Shown piece after piece: positions 27,669-40,386 of a stretch of DNA of 64,000 nucleotides (positions are counted from its first letter, which is position 1; each line of letters begins with the position of its first letter). The position numbers and the translations under genes were made by a program. Origin of the DNA: Vicugna vicugna (Eukaryota). The notes under the pieces were generated by a model. It saw only the letters and a program-made list of their open reading frames with translations, searched no databases and was not told the origin of the DNA. The stretch spans positions 4,169,061-4,233,060 of the forward strand of contig MU058423.1 of assembly GCA_013265495.1 (NCBI GenBank). Direction: 5' to 3'.

Positions 27669-29957
27669 CTGGATAGGTTTAAAAGAATGAACAGCATATT
27701 AGAAACAATAGTGAAAGGTTCAAATTGTAACAACTTATCATCAACCCACTTGAAAAGCAGCCCTAAATGAAAAGAGTATTTGTATATGTTGTTTCTGGGA
27801 GTTTGTTTCAATCACAAAGGAAGTTTTGTAGTTTGCTGAAAATGGTTCTCCGTTGTGTAATAAAGTTTAGGAGCTTTATTTTCAGGGGCAAAAAGAATTA
27901 CCATCTAAGTCTAGAATGCAGTTACACAAGGGTTATTCCAATAACAATATGGATTTTAGGATCCTCTTTTGTCCCTCTCTTAAAATATTAGTTGTGTTGT
28001 TGACTTAATTAGCAGTATCATTGCCTCAATTCACCACGTCTTTCTCTCTATGTAACCATAAGCTCATCTACGTATAAAGCAGTAAGATTATTCTTGTTGA
28101 ATTGATTAGACATCACAGAACACAGTCAACCATTCAGCAAAATCTGGCCCTCAGTCTCAGAGTCACCTTGAATCTGTCTTCCTTTCAAATGTGTAGTCTT
28201 TTTCTCAATAGTTATTACTTTTACGATATCAGTTTGTTAATGGCAGGGATTTCTAAGTTAGCCAGCTTTTCTTTTCCAATTATTCATGAAGACTTGCTCA
28301 TAACAATAGCAAAAAACAGGATAGAGACTAATGTTCTTTGCAGATGTTGACCAGATAAATTATGCCTGCACAGAACTGGCCTTCGCTAGAAAGTGCACCT
28401 TTAGCTGAAAAGTCAAGTTCAAGCACTTTACTCAACTGTGCTGCTTCTCAAATAAATTTATTTGGATTCATTATCCACATTCTTAAAAAGTGCAACTGGC
28501 ATTAACTAAAGATGTTTCTGAAAACTTTTAGTCCTGTGACACTTACAGAAAGCATAGCAAAATAATTAAATGGGTCTGTTTCAGGTTTTGAACAATGCAT
28601 AACCTTGTTCAGCACAAAACTTACTGTGAAGAAGTGTAAAATCTTAGACCTTGTCTTGTATAATTTGTGAAATTCAATGGGAAATACTGAGTGACATTTC
28701 ACTGAGGATGCTCTCATTGAAGTTGCCATGGAATAAAGCCACTAACCCCCAGCTCCAAGTCCTCCCAGAATTATACTAATAATAGGGGTGGGCTTCATCT
28801 GTATCTCTTCTTCCACATACGTACGCAGAAACTTGAAAAATTCATCTGGAGCGGATGATTAAGGTAATTCTATTTGCTAGTAATGTATGTATCTAGGACA
28901 GCCTGATTTCATCACTCTGATCAAGGACTGAAAATGCAGCCCTTCCAATTTGACTCGTCAACAAATTGCTAATATATTTTGTTTTGCTTAGCAGCTATTT
29001 CCTGGTTCCTCCTTTTGCTCATTTCCTCCTCCATCTGTATTCATTAGAGCTTGAAAGGAACATCCTGTAGATAGCAAAGGAAGGTGGAAGCCAAAGATGT
29101 ACCCTTTTTTTTTTGAGAAGGAAGAATGCAAAAGAAAACAATTTTCTATCAACATAAACTATTTATATATGTCTATGTATATCTATAGGCTAGATGTTAG
29201 TGTAATTTTAACATTACACTGGATCCTATGAACTTTATTGCCCGGTTTTTAAAGGTTGTGTTTCTTCCTGTGCAATTACACATCAGTATCTATCTATCTA
29301 TCTATCTATGATGTTAGACGTCAGAAAATAATTGTTGTTCTAAGAACAGCCAGAAAACAGGTTGTTCTTAATCCTGGCAGAAACGATTGTTAATTCATAA
29401 AGGATTAAAAGAGGGAAAGTCTCAACAGAGAAAATTTACTGCAATGTGGAAGACACAGAGGGAGGGAGAGAGAGCGAGAGCACCAAATCCTGTCCGTCAA
29501 TGTGGAGCAACAGTTAAACAAAAACAGGTCTCTTTGCGGTTGCATTACTGTCTTTATGTATTTTCCCTGACCCCCAATCCTACCGATGAACCAGTCAGTT
29601 TACTTAAGAAAAGCAAAAGGGAGACAGTGGAAGGACACCCGTGCCGCTCACAGGTTTTCATTATTTGTACTCCCCATGGTGATGGCAACTGAACTCTAGG
29701 CGTCTCTTGGGACAGACGGACATTCAGGGTAAATTTGATAAAGTGCTTATAACTTCTATGCCATCTAATTTTTCCTACACCTTTCACTATAATATTTCTG
29801 GGACATTCTTCACATTAGAAAAAATATTTGAATTATGATTCTTTCAAAGACATGGTGCTCATGATAATGCTCTTATTTACTGCTAAAAATTAGAATATGG
29901 GATTTTTTTCCTAAACATGTGGGATTTTATATCAGTAGGAATTTTACATGCTCCTAC

Positions 29958-30023
29958 CTTGTTTTGGGTTAGAAACCTCAAGGGAAGAAATATTCGGCCA
30001 TATCCTATTAAACTTTGGAGGAT
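29958..30023 (-). CDS. NTNG1: NTNG1 alternative exon 6 (66 nt, phase 1/1): (N)PPKFNRIWPNISSLEVSNPKQ
   Basis: catgcag|ATCCTCC...CAAG|gtagga. The peptide matches the first part of the cysteine-free insert of netrin-G1 splice isoforms (from memory). Confidence 0.9.
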
Positions 30024-30026
30024 CTG

Positions 30027-30032
30027 CATGCA
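30027..30032 (-). promoter_or_regulatory. UGCAUG (RBFOX motif) at -9..-4 of the exon 6 acceptor
   Basis: Minus strand reads cctgaTGCATGcag|exon. Confidence 0.5.
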
Positions 30033-32889
30033 TCAGGAAAAATCAGGGTATGTTATTTTCAGCTACAATGTTAATTGGTCTAAACAGAAAATTATATGGA
30101 CAAAGACACAAACCACACATCTGCTCTTTAACTTGGCTGTGATGCACTTAACAAAACATGACTCCCACACCAAACAAGAGCAAGCAATTGATGATTCCCA
30201 AAACATTGAATGGACATTAAATATATAGCCCGTTCCCTAACAAAGCTATATACGCTAACTTTTGCAATAAAGTAGAGTGTTCTTACAAATAACCAAATAG
30301 GGACTTCAGGAGTTCCAATCGTTATATAAAGCCGGTGCCTGAAACTAGAAGATAACGCGAAAGAAATAATTTCTCACTTGAGATTCTTTCTCTGCAATTT
30401 ATATTTACAGATACGCGCTGGTTGCATTAGTCTTCAGGAGAGATTCTTTAGGGTATGCTTTAAGTGTGAGCCATTATCTCTGTAAAGAAGTCGATTTATT
30501 TCCTATTTTTATTTATGCAATTTCTCAGAAAGAAAGAGAAGGATTACTGGTGGTTCTGGCTTAAGGAGAATAGTCCAAGGTGCTTCTGATCGTATCTAAG
30601 ATTTGTATGTATGGGTGTGTATATGTTTTCATGATGTTTTTAACTCAAAATATGTTTCTAAAGTCATTGGTTCCAATCCAGAAATAATTATAATCATTGT
30701 TAATTTAAGAATTGATGTTATTTCTTAGATTCATTAGTATTTAAAAAAAAAGAAAGATTCTAGAAAAGCAAGAGAATAGTAGGGTTTAGGACTGGAAGCT
30801 TTAAAACTATTTTTCTAAGGCACATGGGCCATAAGTATAAAGGCAGTCATTCCATGACTCAGATCTCCCATTTATTGAGATTGGCTCGAAGCCTCATCTC
30901 TGTGCGGCCCTCAGGGACCACATGAGTCCACAAGGAGAGCTTGTGCCTCTAAACTCCTGCGGCGTGTTATCTTCTGTGCTTCTAATTTTGCGTTGATATT
31001 TGGATGGCGTAAGGTTTAGTACTGTTGGTTTAAATTTGATAGGTCTCTTTCCTGTCTCTGTAATTAGACTGGATCTCTCTGAGGAAGGGCAAAGCCTCCC
31101 AGAAGGCCTCAGTGAATGTCTAATAACCGAGAAATTGATACCAAGTGGCGAGCCCCTGTAAACAGGTATCATCAGATTGTTTCCTCCATCATTAGATCAC
31201 AGCGAGTAACGTTCCTGCAAGACATGGAACATTCACTGTAACTTTGTTTTTTAAATATTTGTTAGAAAAGCTGATCTCCTGTTGCTCTGTGTGTGTGTGT
31301 CTGTATACACATGAAAGCAAAGGAAATCTTAATATTGCTGTATCTATCAAAATGTATTAATGAAGAAAGAATGTAATGGTTTTCCACATCTGTCTCCAGG
31401 TGTTACTAAATAAATAGATATTTGGTAACATTTAGGCAAAATATGCAATTTATTGACTGAATGTTACTTTCCACATGACCACTTTGGTGATGGGTAGATG
31501 CTGAGTTAACAGAACAAGCCTACTTGAACTGTGATGGTCATTTTTGAAAAACGAATTATGATTTCCAGAAATTGTTTATTTAGAAAAGATTTCAAACCAC
31601 TGTTACAGTTTAATTAGAAGATATATTTATTTTTATTATTAGCATCAAATTAAGAAAATTTCAGTTGTTTGAAATGGTTCTCTCCATCTTTCTTCCACAG
31701 GAGAGGCAAATACTGGTCATAAGTGGGGGTGATGTTTGTACATTTAATGTTTAAGTATTCAGTGACTTGAATATCTTGATGAAATGAAGGTAATAATATG
31801 ATGAATCATTCTGTTCATAAGCTTTGCCAAGAAATTTAAAGAAAGGCAAAACATTTTATACTAAGCCAGTTTAGAAGTAAGTTTTGAAAACTATATAAAT
31901 TTAGCTCTATTCTGTACTCCAATATAATAAATATTTCTTTATGCCTATATTTTAGTTACTCTCTTAGGATTTTTCCCTGGGATGCTGACGTTCCATTTTG
32001 AGGATTTTCCTACATGTATAAAAAAATCAATGTAGATCATTCTACTTTTGAATTGTTCACAACCTGATCTATATAAAATTATCAAGATGGACACCTCAGT
32101 CACATCCTACTAGAAGATAATTTTCCTCTGTATTGTGTACTTACGATAGTTTCTTGGCAGATGGGAGAGTGTAGTTTTGTGTTTGCTTGGGAATACAGTA
32201 ATTTTTTTCCCAAATGATATTCATTGTGTGGAATGCCTAAGTTTCCTGAAAAATCAAAACTCAGAGCCACCAGCAGTCCTCACATGGAAATCCCAATCTA
32301 ATCTATGCGTATCTCTAGTGGGAGAAAATTTTATGTCTTTTTTTGGGAGGAAAGATGTCCTGAAGAAAAGATATTGAAATTTGTGGACCTTAAACTTCTA
32401 TAGCATGATACTGTCTGTGTTTACATGTTTTAATATTTGGTCATGATCAAATTTTTAATTTAATATCTCATCTTAATTTTTAAAAAATTGTTATGTTTTA
32501 AATTGCAAAGCCAAATAAGAAAACAGCTTGAAATTAGCTAGTTACTCTCTGGTTACTCTTATTACTTGAAGATCCCGTATAAATATTCAATCAATATTAC
32601 TAACAAAGGTTTAGTTCCCAGAAGTAAATGAGGCACATTAATCATACAATTGAGACAAATTCTATGTTAGCATACCCAATTCTGATAAAAGTCTTTGCAT
32701 GGCATGAAGCATCTGAGAATGTTTAGCCAGTGGTCCCTTATTTCGAGTAGTTAAAAATTGCAAGTAGAAAAAGAAAATTATAATAGGTCGAAAGTATTAG
32801 TATTGCCTCCAGGTGAATTGTTGCAGAATTTATTAATTTCATTCTTTCATAAATTAATTAACGAGTATCTTTGGGGCAATGTGAAGGCC

Positions 32890-33070
32890 TCAGAGTGGTA
32901 GTATGTTGCAAGGCAAAAAATACTAGGAGTCAGAAGATAAGGGGTCTGGTCCCGTTTCTGCTGGGTAGAGCTGTCTGGCTGTTAATTTCTGTGGACTTCA
33001 GGTCCCTTCTCTGTAAGATAAAGGTACTGAACTAAAAGGTCTCTAAGGTTTCTCTCAGTTGCTGAGATCC
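32890..33070 (+). mobile_element. MIR/MIR3 SINE
   Basis: actaggagtcagaagataaggggtctggtccc...cttctctgtaagataaaggtactgaactaaaaggtctctaagg. Confidence 0.6.
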
Positions 33071-36000
33071 ATCACTCCAGTGGTTCCTTCGTGGCCTAGC
33101 CAGGCCACACCGAAGTTCGTGGAAGGATGAATCCTACTGGAGTGAAGCATGTGCTGTCTGGAGGATCGAGGGGATTTAGGGGATTTAGAGCTCTCCGTGT
33201 GAAGGAGAAATCAGTGCCGCATGTTATAACTGCAGACCTGTGACTGTCATAGTGAAACCCAGCCTGGAGCTGAGAAATTGTCACTGAGGTAAGGGGTGGG
33301 ATCCCCATACATGCCCAGTGGGATTGCAGATGGCCAGTCCTTCAGGAACAGCCTTTTATGGAAATTCCTACTCCTCAAGGACCCTAGCCCCACACATCTG
33401 GGGTAACGGACTGAACTCATCCTGATGATCTCCAGAGACTTTGGCTCCGGGAATATGAATACCAAGATGACATACTCCACAACCATTCCGTTTACAAACA
33501 AACAGAGTATCTGAAATTCCCATCCGATGCTATTGCTCTATTGTCATTGCTAAAGTTTCAAACTTCATCTAGGAAATAACTTTTTAGTGGAAATTTATTT
33601 AACATAATTTAACATAATCATGTAAAGAGAGCTTGTGCTAGATTCAAATCTCAATTTTACCACTTGGAAAAGCTCCTTAACTTCTCCGTGTTTTCTTCCT
33701 TGTCAAATGGGATGATGATATTGCCTTCTGGTTGTTATCAAGGCTGAATGAGTTAATATGTGCTTGTCATGGTAGTGAGCATCCAAGAAATCTCAGCTCT
33801 AACTCTTCTATTTGTGGTTGCTGTTATAATAAAAATCAGATTACTGCAGTATAAACAGTTCTTACTGAATTGAAGTAGAGAAAGCAATGTGCTCCCCTTA
33901 TTTTTTGTAACCTTAATTGCTCCCAAAGCAAGTGATTGATATACAAAAAAGCTCACTTAAGATACAACTTACTTTAGGGAGTGGTCTAGTTCTGGGGCCT
34001 ACATCGGAAAGATCTGATTTTTAACTCTTGAAGGCAAAAGGATAATTTCTAGTTTCTGTCAGTTTAGAAGCACATCAGTTTAGACTATGAATCAAATAAA
34101 TATCTTACCTGAATTTATTTATTTATTTTTTTCATTAAGGAGAGACCCAGAAAGCTGCTATGTGACAATTTGGTTGTGGCACTTGACACTTATTTTCATG
34201 AATCAGAAAAACTGAGATTCTAGTTGTAAAAATGAGGCTTTTTGGAAGAAAGTTTTTCTGCTCTGTGCTCCAAGGAAAACTCCTTGTACTGTAAGTTGGA
34301 GAGAACTGTGTTAGAATTGCTAAACTTGACCATCTATTGCTGATGCCACAGTGAATCAAGCCGAAAAGCAAGCTTGAAGCAGAAGGCTACAAACACTTTG
34401 TTTACATCAAGAAAGCGTCAGAGGTGGGTCTTCTATCATACAAGAACTCATTTAGCACGAATCATAGGCAGCTTTCAACTCACTCTGTGGATACCCTTAA
34501 AGCCAGAGTAAACTGCAACTATGCTTTCGTATTTTTTTTTCCACCTGAATAGTCTACCTTGTAGTGTTTCATACATTAGTCATTTAATTAAATGAAAAGG
34601 TGAATGAATTCTAAATAATCCTAGTTCGGAAACTGGACATTGAGTTAGAATCCTGCCTTGGCCACTATCCAGATGACTTATGCAATTCAATTAAGCCTTA
34701 GCTGTCATGTCTGTAAAATGATCATGCTGGATGAATGTTCTTTAAGTTTCCTGAAAACACTAATTTTTAGATAATTTTTTGGTTCTAAAATATGGTGGGC
34801 AACAGAGTGCCAACATGGATGTGAAAAGCCACTGCTAAGAGGATGTTAGTCAGCCTTCATTAAACATCCTTCTTCCAGGAGGGTACGAGGAAAACATCAG
34901 GTGGGGACAAAGTCACAAGGTCCCCTGGGACTTCTACAGTCACTGCTCTTGTTCCTCAGGGAGTTTGCAAATGACATTACTGATGTCTATAAAGGGGTCT
35001 ATAGAATACCCTGAAGCTCTTCAGAAGAAACCCCTAGGGTGTTGCAGGTAATCTTACCATCTTTACAGGGAGCTGCCCACTCTCAGAAATACAGCGTCAT
35101 TAAACTGGTGGGGAAGAGACAGTTTAATGCGGTAAGTCTGTCCTTGAGACGGCACACAGAATTTCATTTTGCTATAAGGGACTATGTTAATGAAGAAAAA
35201 AATTGGGGTTTTTTTCTGTCATAGAATATGTACAAGCATATTTCACAATCTGCACAGCGAATTTCAAGAACTGTCCCATGTTCTGTAATGTATTTAACAT
35301 CTTCACATTTCCTCTCTCCCTTAGCTTACTGAGGATGTTTATTATTGATGGTGAAGGGAAGGGCATATTTTAGTGTAGCTTCTGTTGATCACACCTGGGG
35401 TACCAGGAAATGAACTTGTTTTTCTCAGGACACTGAAGTTCCCCCGCACAGCTGGGGGTCAAGTCAGGGATCAGCAGATCTAAGGTGCAGTGTATTAGAC
35501 TGGAAGGAGTCTGGGGTAGTAGTCAATAAGTCTGAATTTTTCTTTCTAACCTCTTCCACTTGATATAATGTTACGAGTGCAGCTTTTGTAGTCAGACAGG
35601 CCTCCGTGGCGGTATTACATTGGGAAAGTTACCCGACCACTCTGAGCCTCAGATTCACCACTTGTGAAACAGAATTCTGCAGACATGAGGGGGCCCTCCC
35701 TCCAGCTCCAAGCTGACGCTCTGTTAAACCCTCCCCAGGAAGTGGAGCGGTTCACTGGCTAGCTCCCTGTTGATACCCCGAGAAGCCTTTGATGATACCC
35801 ATGCTATTTAGTTCATAGTTATATGTTTGAAGGTCCGTCATAGGGCCGTTCAGAGATCTTGGCAAATCTTTGTTTAAACAAGGAATTTCCAGATGCCCCC
35901 ACATAGAGATAACAGCAAAGGTACAGATATCAGCTCACACTTAAAAAGAGGCTTGACATCCTAAAGTCCCCTGGGAAAAGCTTAATACACGAAAAAGTCT

Positions 36001-37393
36001 AACTTGCTCAAGGTGAGCAACGGTTGCTTCCTGAAGATTGCTAAACCTCTCGGATATTTTTTTTTTAAGGTGTAGGGGATACTTCCCCCTCCTTCATTGA
36101 AATATTTAATTTATTCCTCAAGATTAAACAAGCAGCCATGTCCTAATGTTCATTCAATTTTCGGATAATCACAAAAGTTTCATGAATGTGAGATGCTAGT
36201 TACACAAATGTGAAATGAATCTGTGATGAGGATACTAGGGACATGACACAACAAAGTCCCAAAGGCATGTCACCTGGGATCTTAGCTCTCCTTCTGGAAC
36301 ATCAGCAAACAGTTCAAAATTAATGGAGCACGCATGCAACTTGCCGTATAGCTACACTAGCTTGATATTTTTTCCTTCATTATATAAAATCTAATTAGCT
36401 AAAGGGCAATTCAAATGAAACTTTTATTTGGGGGATTTGGAAGTATTAAAGCAAAGGGAAAAAAACAAACAAACACTGCAGCTCTCTGGATAGCGTGCGC
36501 AAGATTACCAACAGCCCTTGAGTGGGGAAATGATTAACCTTGTTATTTTCCTCACGATCCGGGTTTCCAGAGTAAATTGGTACCAAGCAAAAATATTTGG
36601 ATGCTGTATGGAAAATAACTTTTACAAGGTCTCCAACTGGCATTAAATGTTTTCAAGTATGAAAACATCTCCGAGCTTTCTCAACAGGCTGATGGATCCT
36701 TGCAGGTAGCACTTTTCTTGTTTAATAGTCCTGCCAATTAAGTCAAATTAGAGATGAATTTTTAACTCTGTGATGAAGGCAGTGCTCATTATAAGAGATA
36801 GCAGGAAAATAGAATATCTCCCTTAAGTGAACCGTTGCTTCAAATTGAATAAGTTGAAGAGGAGGAGACAGCCAAACACCTCCATCGATATTCTATGCTT
36901 TATAAACCATGATTTCAACCACTTAAAAGTAATTTAAGAAAATGTATCCTTGAGTTCACAAAATCATTGCATTTATCTTTTGTTGCTATTCTAAGAGATA
37001 TTTTTGATTAGTAAAAAATTCCAAGTTCTTTTAAATGGTGCTTCCTGATGTGAGCTTTCAATTCAGTAGACAGTCTACCTTCAACCTCTGACTTTTTTAC
37101 CTTTAAATTCTGTCATCTGCTTTTTAAAGTGATAATCACTCACACAAAGCTATTTGCACATTAGGCCAACTCTTGTTCCCGTTATGTTTTTTTCCCTAAT
37201 ATATTGCTTAACATAGTGAAATCACTTGCTTTTTCGGACTAAGGATCAGATAATACATGTTAGAATGTAATGATTAGTTTATCACTTTAACAAAAACACC
37301 CACATCAAACCAAATATTAATTTGGATCATCAGAATCAACAAATGTTCACTTGGCTTAAATCGTGAAAGTTTACCTGTAAGTGCACAATACAT

Positions 37394-37399
37394 TTTATT
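37394..37399 (-). terminator. Candidate intronic polyadenylation signal (AATAAA) for an exon-5-extended transcript
   Basis: Minus strand ttttaaAATAAAatgtattgtgcac, with a GU/U-rich stretch at about 37290-37314. It ends a ~3-kb stretch after exon 5 that has no recognisable repeats. Confidence 0.35.
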
Positions 37400-40359
37400 T
37401 TAAAAAATGAAACCTGAATGAATTACTGCTGTATCACGTAAAGTAAAAACAGAGCTCATCAGGCTCAAATGGCTACAGAGCTATTTTGGGATTCATTAAT
37501 TGCTGACAATATCACCAATATTTTTTCAGCCACGGCCAAAGCACATCAAAATGACCGCGTTTTAAATCAAGTACCTTTAGGATGGTTGGGAAGCCTATTT
37601 CCTGATAGACAACAGCAGGTACAAATGACCTTGATGGGAAATCTGTTTCAAAAACATTTGTAGCAGATGATCGGAAAGGATGACCACTCTGTCCATGCAT
37701 TTGAACCTTAATACAGGTGTCGACGGTTTGAAATCCATACTGAAATCTATTAGGCCTCCAAAATCTTTAGTCACTGCATATATAGCATATGTATGTGAAC
37801 TTATGGCTACATATATCAATAATTCCCATCGATAATATACATCATTCATTGTCCTTGAGATACTCTCTGATGATGGGAGTCTTGCGGGTGTTACTCTATT
37901 ATAATGGCATCTTTTTATATACTTGGTGGAATTATGTTCATCGATTGCTTCCTTGGGATAAGGGAAAAGCCCTGGCAAAGACCCAAAATTAGTTAAAAAT
38001 CCAAGCAGCTCTATTTCCCTGGCTTGCACATTGGAAACCCCATTTCTGTGCACTCTAGAACAGGCAGTGAGTCATCTATGCATGAATCCTTGCCCTTTGG
38101 AGAGTAAAGGAATCCACCAGTGCAGAGAGCAAGCACCTTATGAGCCCTCAAAGAAGGAATGTGTAAATGCCATTAGAGCAGCCGAGAAGATACAATCATG
38201 TTTGATGATTTTATCATAAATCTCTTGACCTTAAAGCCAAGCAGTAAGCAAGCTAGTCGTGTGTGATGCTGGGTGACCCTAGAAGCACTTATGTCCTGTT
38301 TGCTGGAGAAATCTAAGGAAACACCCATTGCGCTCCAAGCAGAACAGGCAGAGGCACAACGAAGGCAGGGCACGAGCCGCCAGTTTGTCAGAGGGTTTCA
38401 GTTAGATATTAAGGAATTAAATTTTCCTAGTTTCCTGATAATAAAGGTTAATACATTTTCCAAAGGCACAACAAAGCATCCTTTCAGGTCACCACTGATT
38501 TCAAAATAAAACAAAGCAAGACAAAACTGGAATTTCCTGATTCAGTGTGTAAAAGGTCAACATCTGCTGATGCTCAGAGATGGGGCATGTGGTGGAGGCG
38601 GCCGAATGAGATGTCGGGTGAGCAGTACATTCAGAGATTCCATGCAACACATGACTGACACTCCGAACAGAAACACACCCAGCACCAAAGAACTACTTTC
38701 CATCCATCCATTTCTGAAACGTGACAGGCCAGATCGGAATAGCAGCCTCAATTACCCGTCTCAGCTTGCTTCCATTTGGTTCCCTTTTGCTTCAAAATGC
38801 ATGTGCAAACGCAATTGTCAAGGCCTGAAAGGGTCACATTGTGGGCTATGTATACAGTTAGGCAAATGCCAAGGGAGATACTAAAGAAGAAAAATTAGAC
38901 TGTTAGAGCCGAAGGTTTTCATTTGCAAGTTCGTAGCCCTGATGCCGTTTCAACGGGATCAGAGAGGAGCTGTATAGCATTAGGCTGGCATCTGAATAGA
39001 TGTGAACGCTGCTTCTATTTCTGTTTACAAAGTGGCTGATTTTCACAGCATTTAACACGTCTAGTGCTTAACAAATCCGCGTGTGGACTTCCTCGCAAGC
39101 TGAAGTAAACAGGGTTGTTCTATAAATTGGAACACTTGACTGTGCACTTATAAAAAGCAGGAAGTGGCTTTATCCAAATTATCGGAGCACTGCTTTTTAG
39201 ATGGATGTTGAGTATTGGAATGCTTCCACTGTTACTGTTCACATTTTGATCCCTCTTCGTGGCCCAGTACCTATCATGAAGCCTGTGAGGGGGGAGACCC
39301 CAGAGAAGATGCTTCTCTTCACTTACAGTACATGATCTTGGCTTCCTCGGTACTATTTTTCAAATCAGTCATTCAGCAGTTGTTCAAAGGCCTTCGCCAT
39401 CAGAGAGAAAGTGTGCAATATACGAAATATGTGAGATTCTGCTCTGAAAAGTTACGGGGCATCTCCTTAGGGAGCATTTCAGTCTTGGTGTTGAAGTGCC
39501 ATGGTTTTCTATGTAAAGAGGGAGCTACAGTCTGGTTCTCCCATGATAACTGGGAGAATGCTCTTTGCAATGGAACTAGAGAAGTGTTCCACAGAGGGTT
39601 GAAGAGAGAGTTCTCTTTTCAATTGCTAACATTTTTTCTAAAAGATTTCTTGGAGGAATTTCTAGTAGCCTGATTCCCAACTTCTGCATGTATTTTTTAT
39701 ACCCCCCTCTTTTTTTTTTTTTAATCAAACTTGAACCTAAGTAGTCAGGAAAACATGGATCACAGTATTTCAGGAGGAAGAAATGGACACACTGATTATT
39801 TTCCCCCTTCATTCCTCCAGAAAGGCTAATGATCACAACCCTACCTCTTCCAGGCCTTCACAAAGACTACGGTTTAACGCATTAATAAAACCCCGTCCCC
39901 CTGGTTTCATGGTGGTTTTTTTTGAGTTCTAATGAATATGCCTAAAGCATTTGTTGACATTCATTCTCTGTTTTCTAAATTATGGTAGAAATCCATATCC
40001 AGTCCTAGGGAGAGAGTTCAATTTGTTTGTTGGTTACTAAGTATGAATAAATAGGACTGTTTTATTTTTGCTAAATGAGTTACGGTTTCTTGAGTAATTG
40101 CACCTCTGTAAAGGTAGCCTTCATTGATCAAAAGTTGTCAGGATGGCACTGCCACATCCATAGAGGAGTTATACATAGATAACTATTTTATCTGTGCTCT
40201 CACCGTATCTGTGCAGAGAACAGACACAATAATTCAATTCACAAAGGAAACACTCTCTTACACCAGAAATGGACACTGGGAAAATAGATCTGAGGAGCTG
40301 AACAACAAAGCAAAGCTAGCTTAAACTTGGTTTGGTGATTTGTTCTTTTTTTTACTTAC

Positions 40360-40386
40360 TACCAATACTGGAAATACTCGGGATAC
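40360..40386 (-). CDS. NTNG1: NTNG1 exon 5, 27-nt microexon (phase 1/1): (C)IPSISSIG
   Basis: Strong pyrimidine tract ttgttttctttctctccag|GTATCCCGAGTATTTCCAGTATTGGTA|gtaagt. Completes the Cys codon begun in exon 4. Confidence 0.95.

Noticed and set aside
28625..28686. Possible extra cassette exon (cag|TATTTCCC...CACA|gtaagt) between exons 6 and 7
   Set aside because: About 62 nt, so frame-shifting; weak acceptor; no similarity to exons 6 or 7.
37595..39673. Two 152-aa ORFs (37595..38053 minus; 39215..39673 plus)
   Set aside because: No recognisable homology or splice context; ORFs of this length are plausible by chance in 64 kb.
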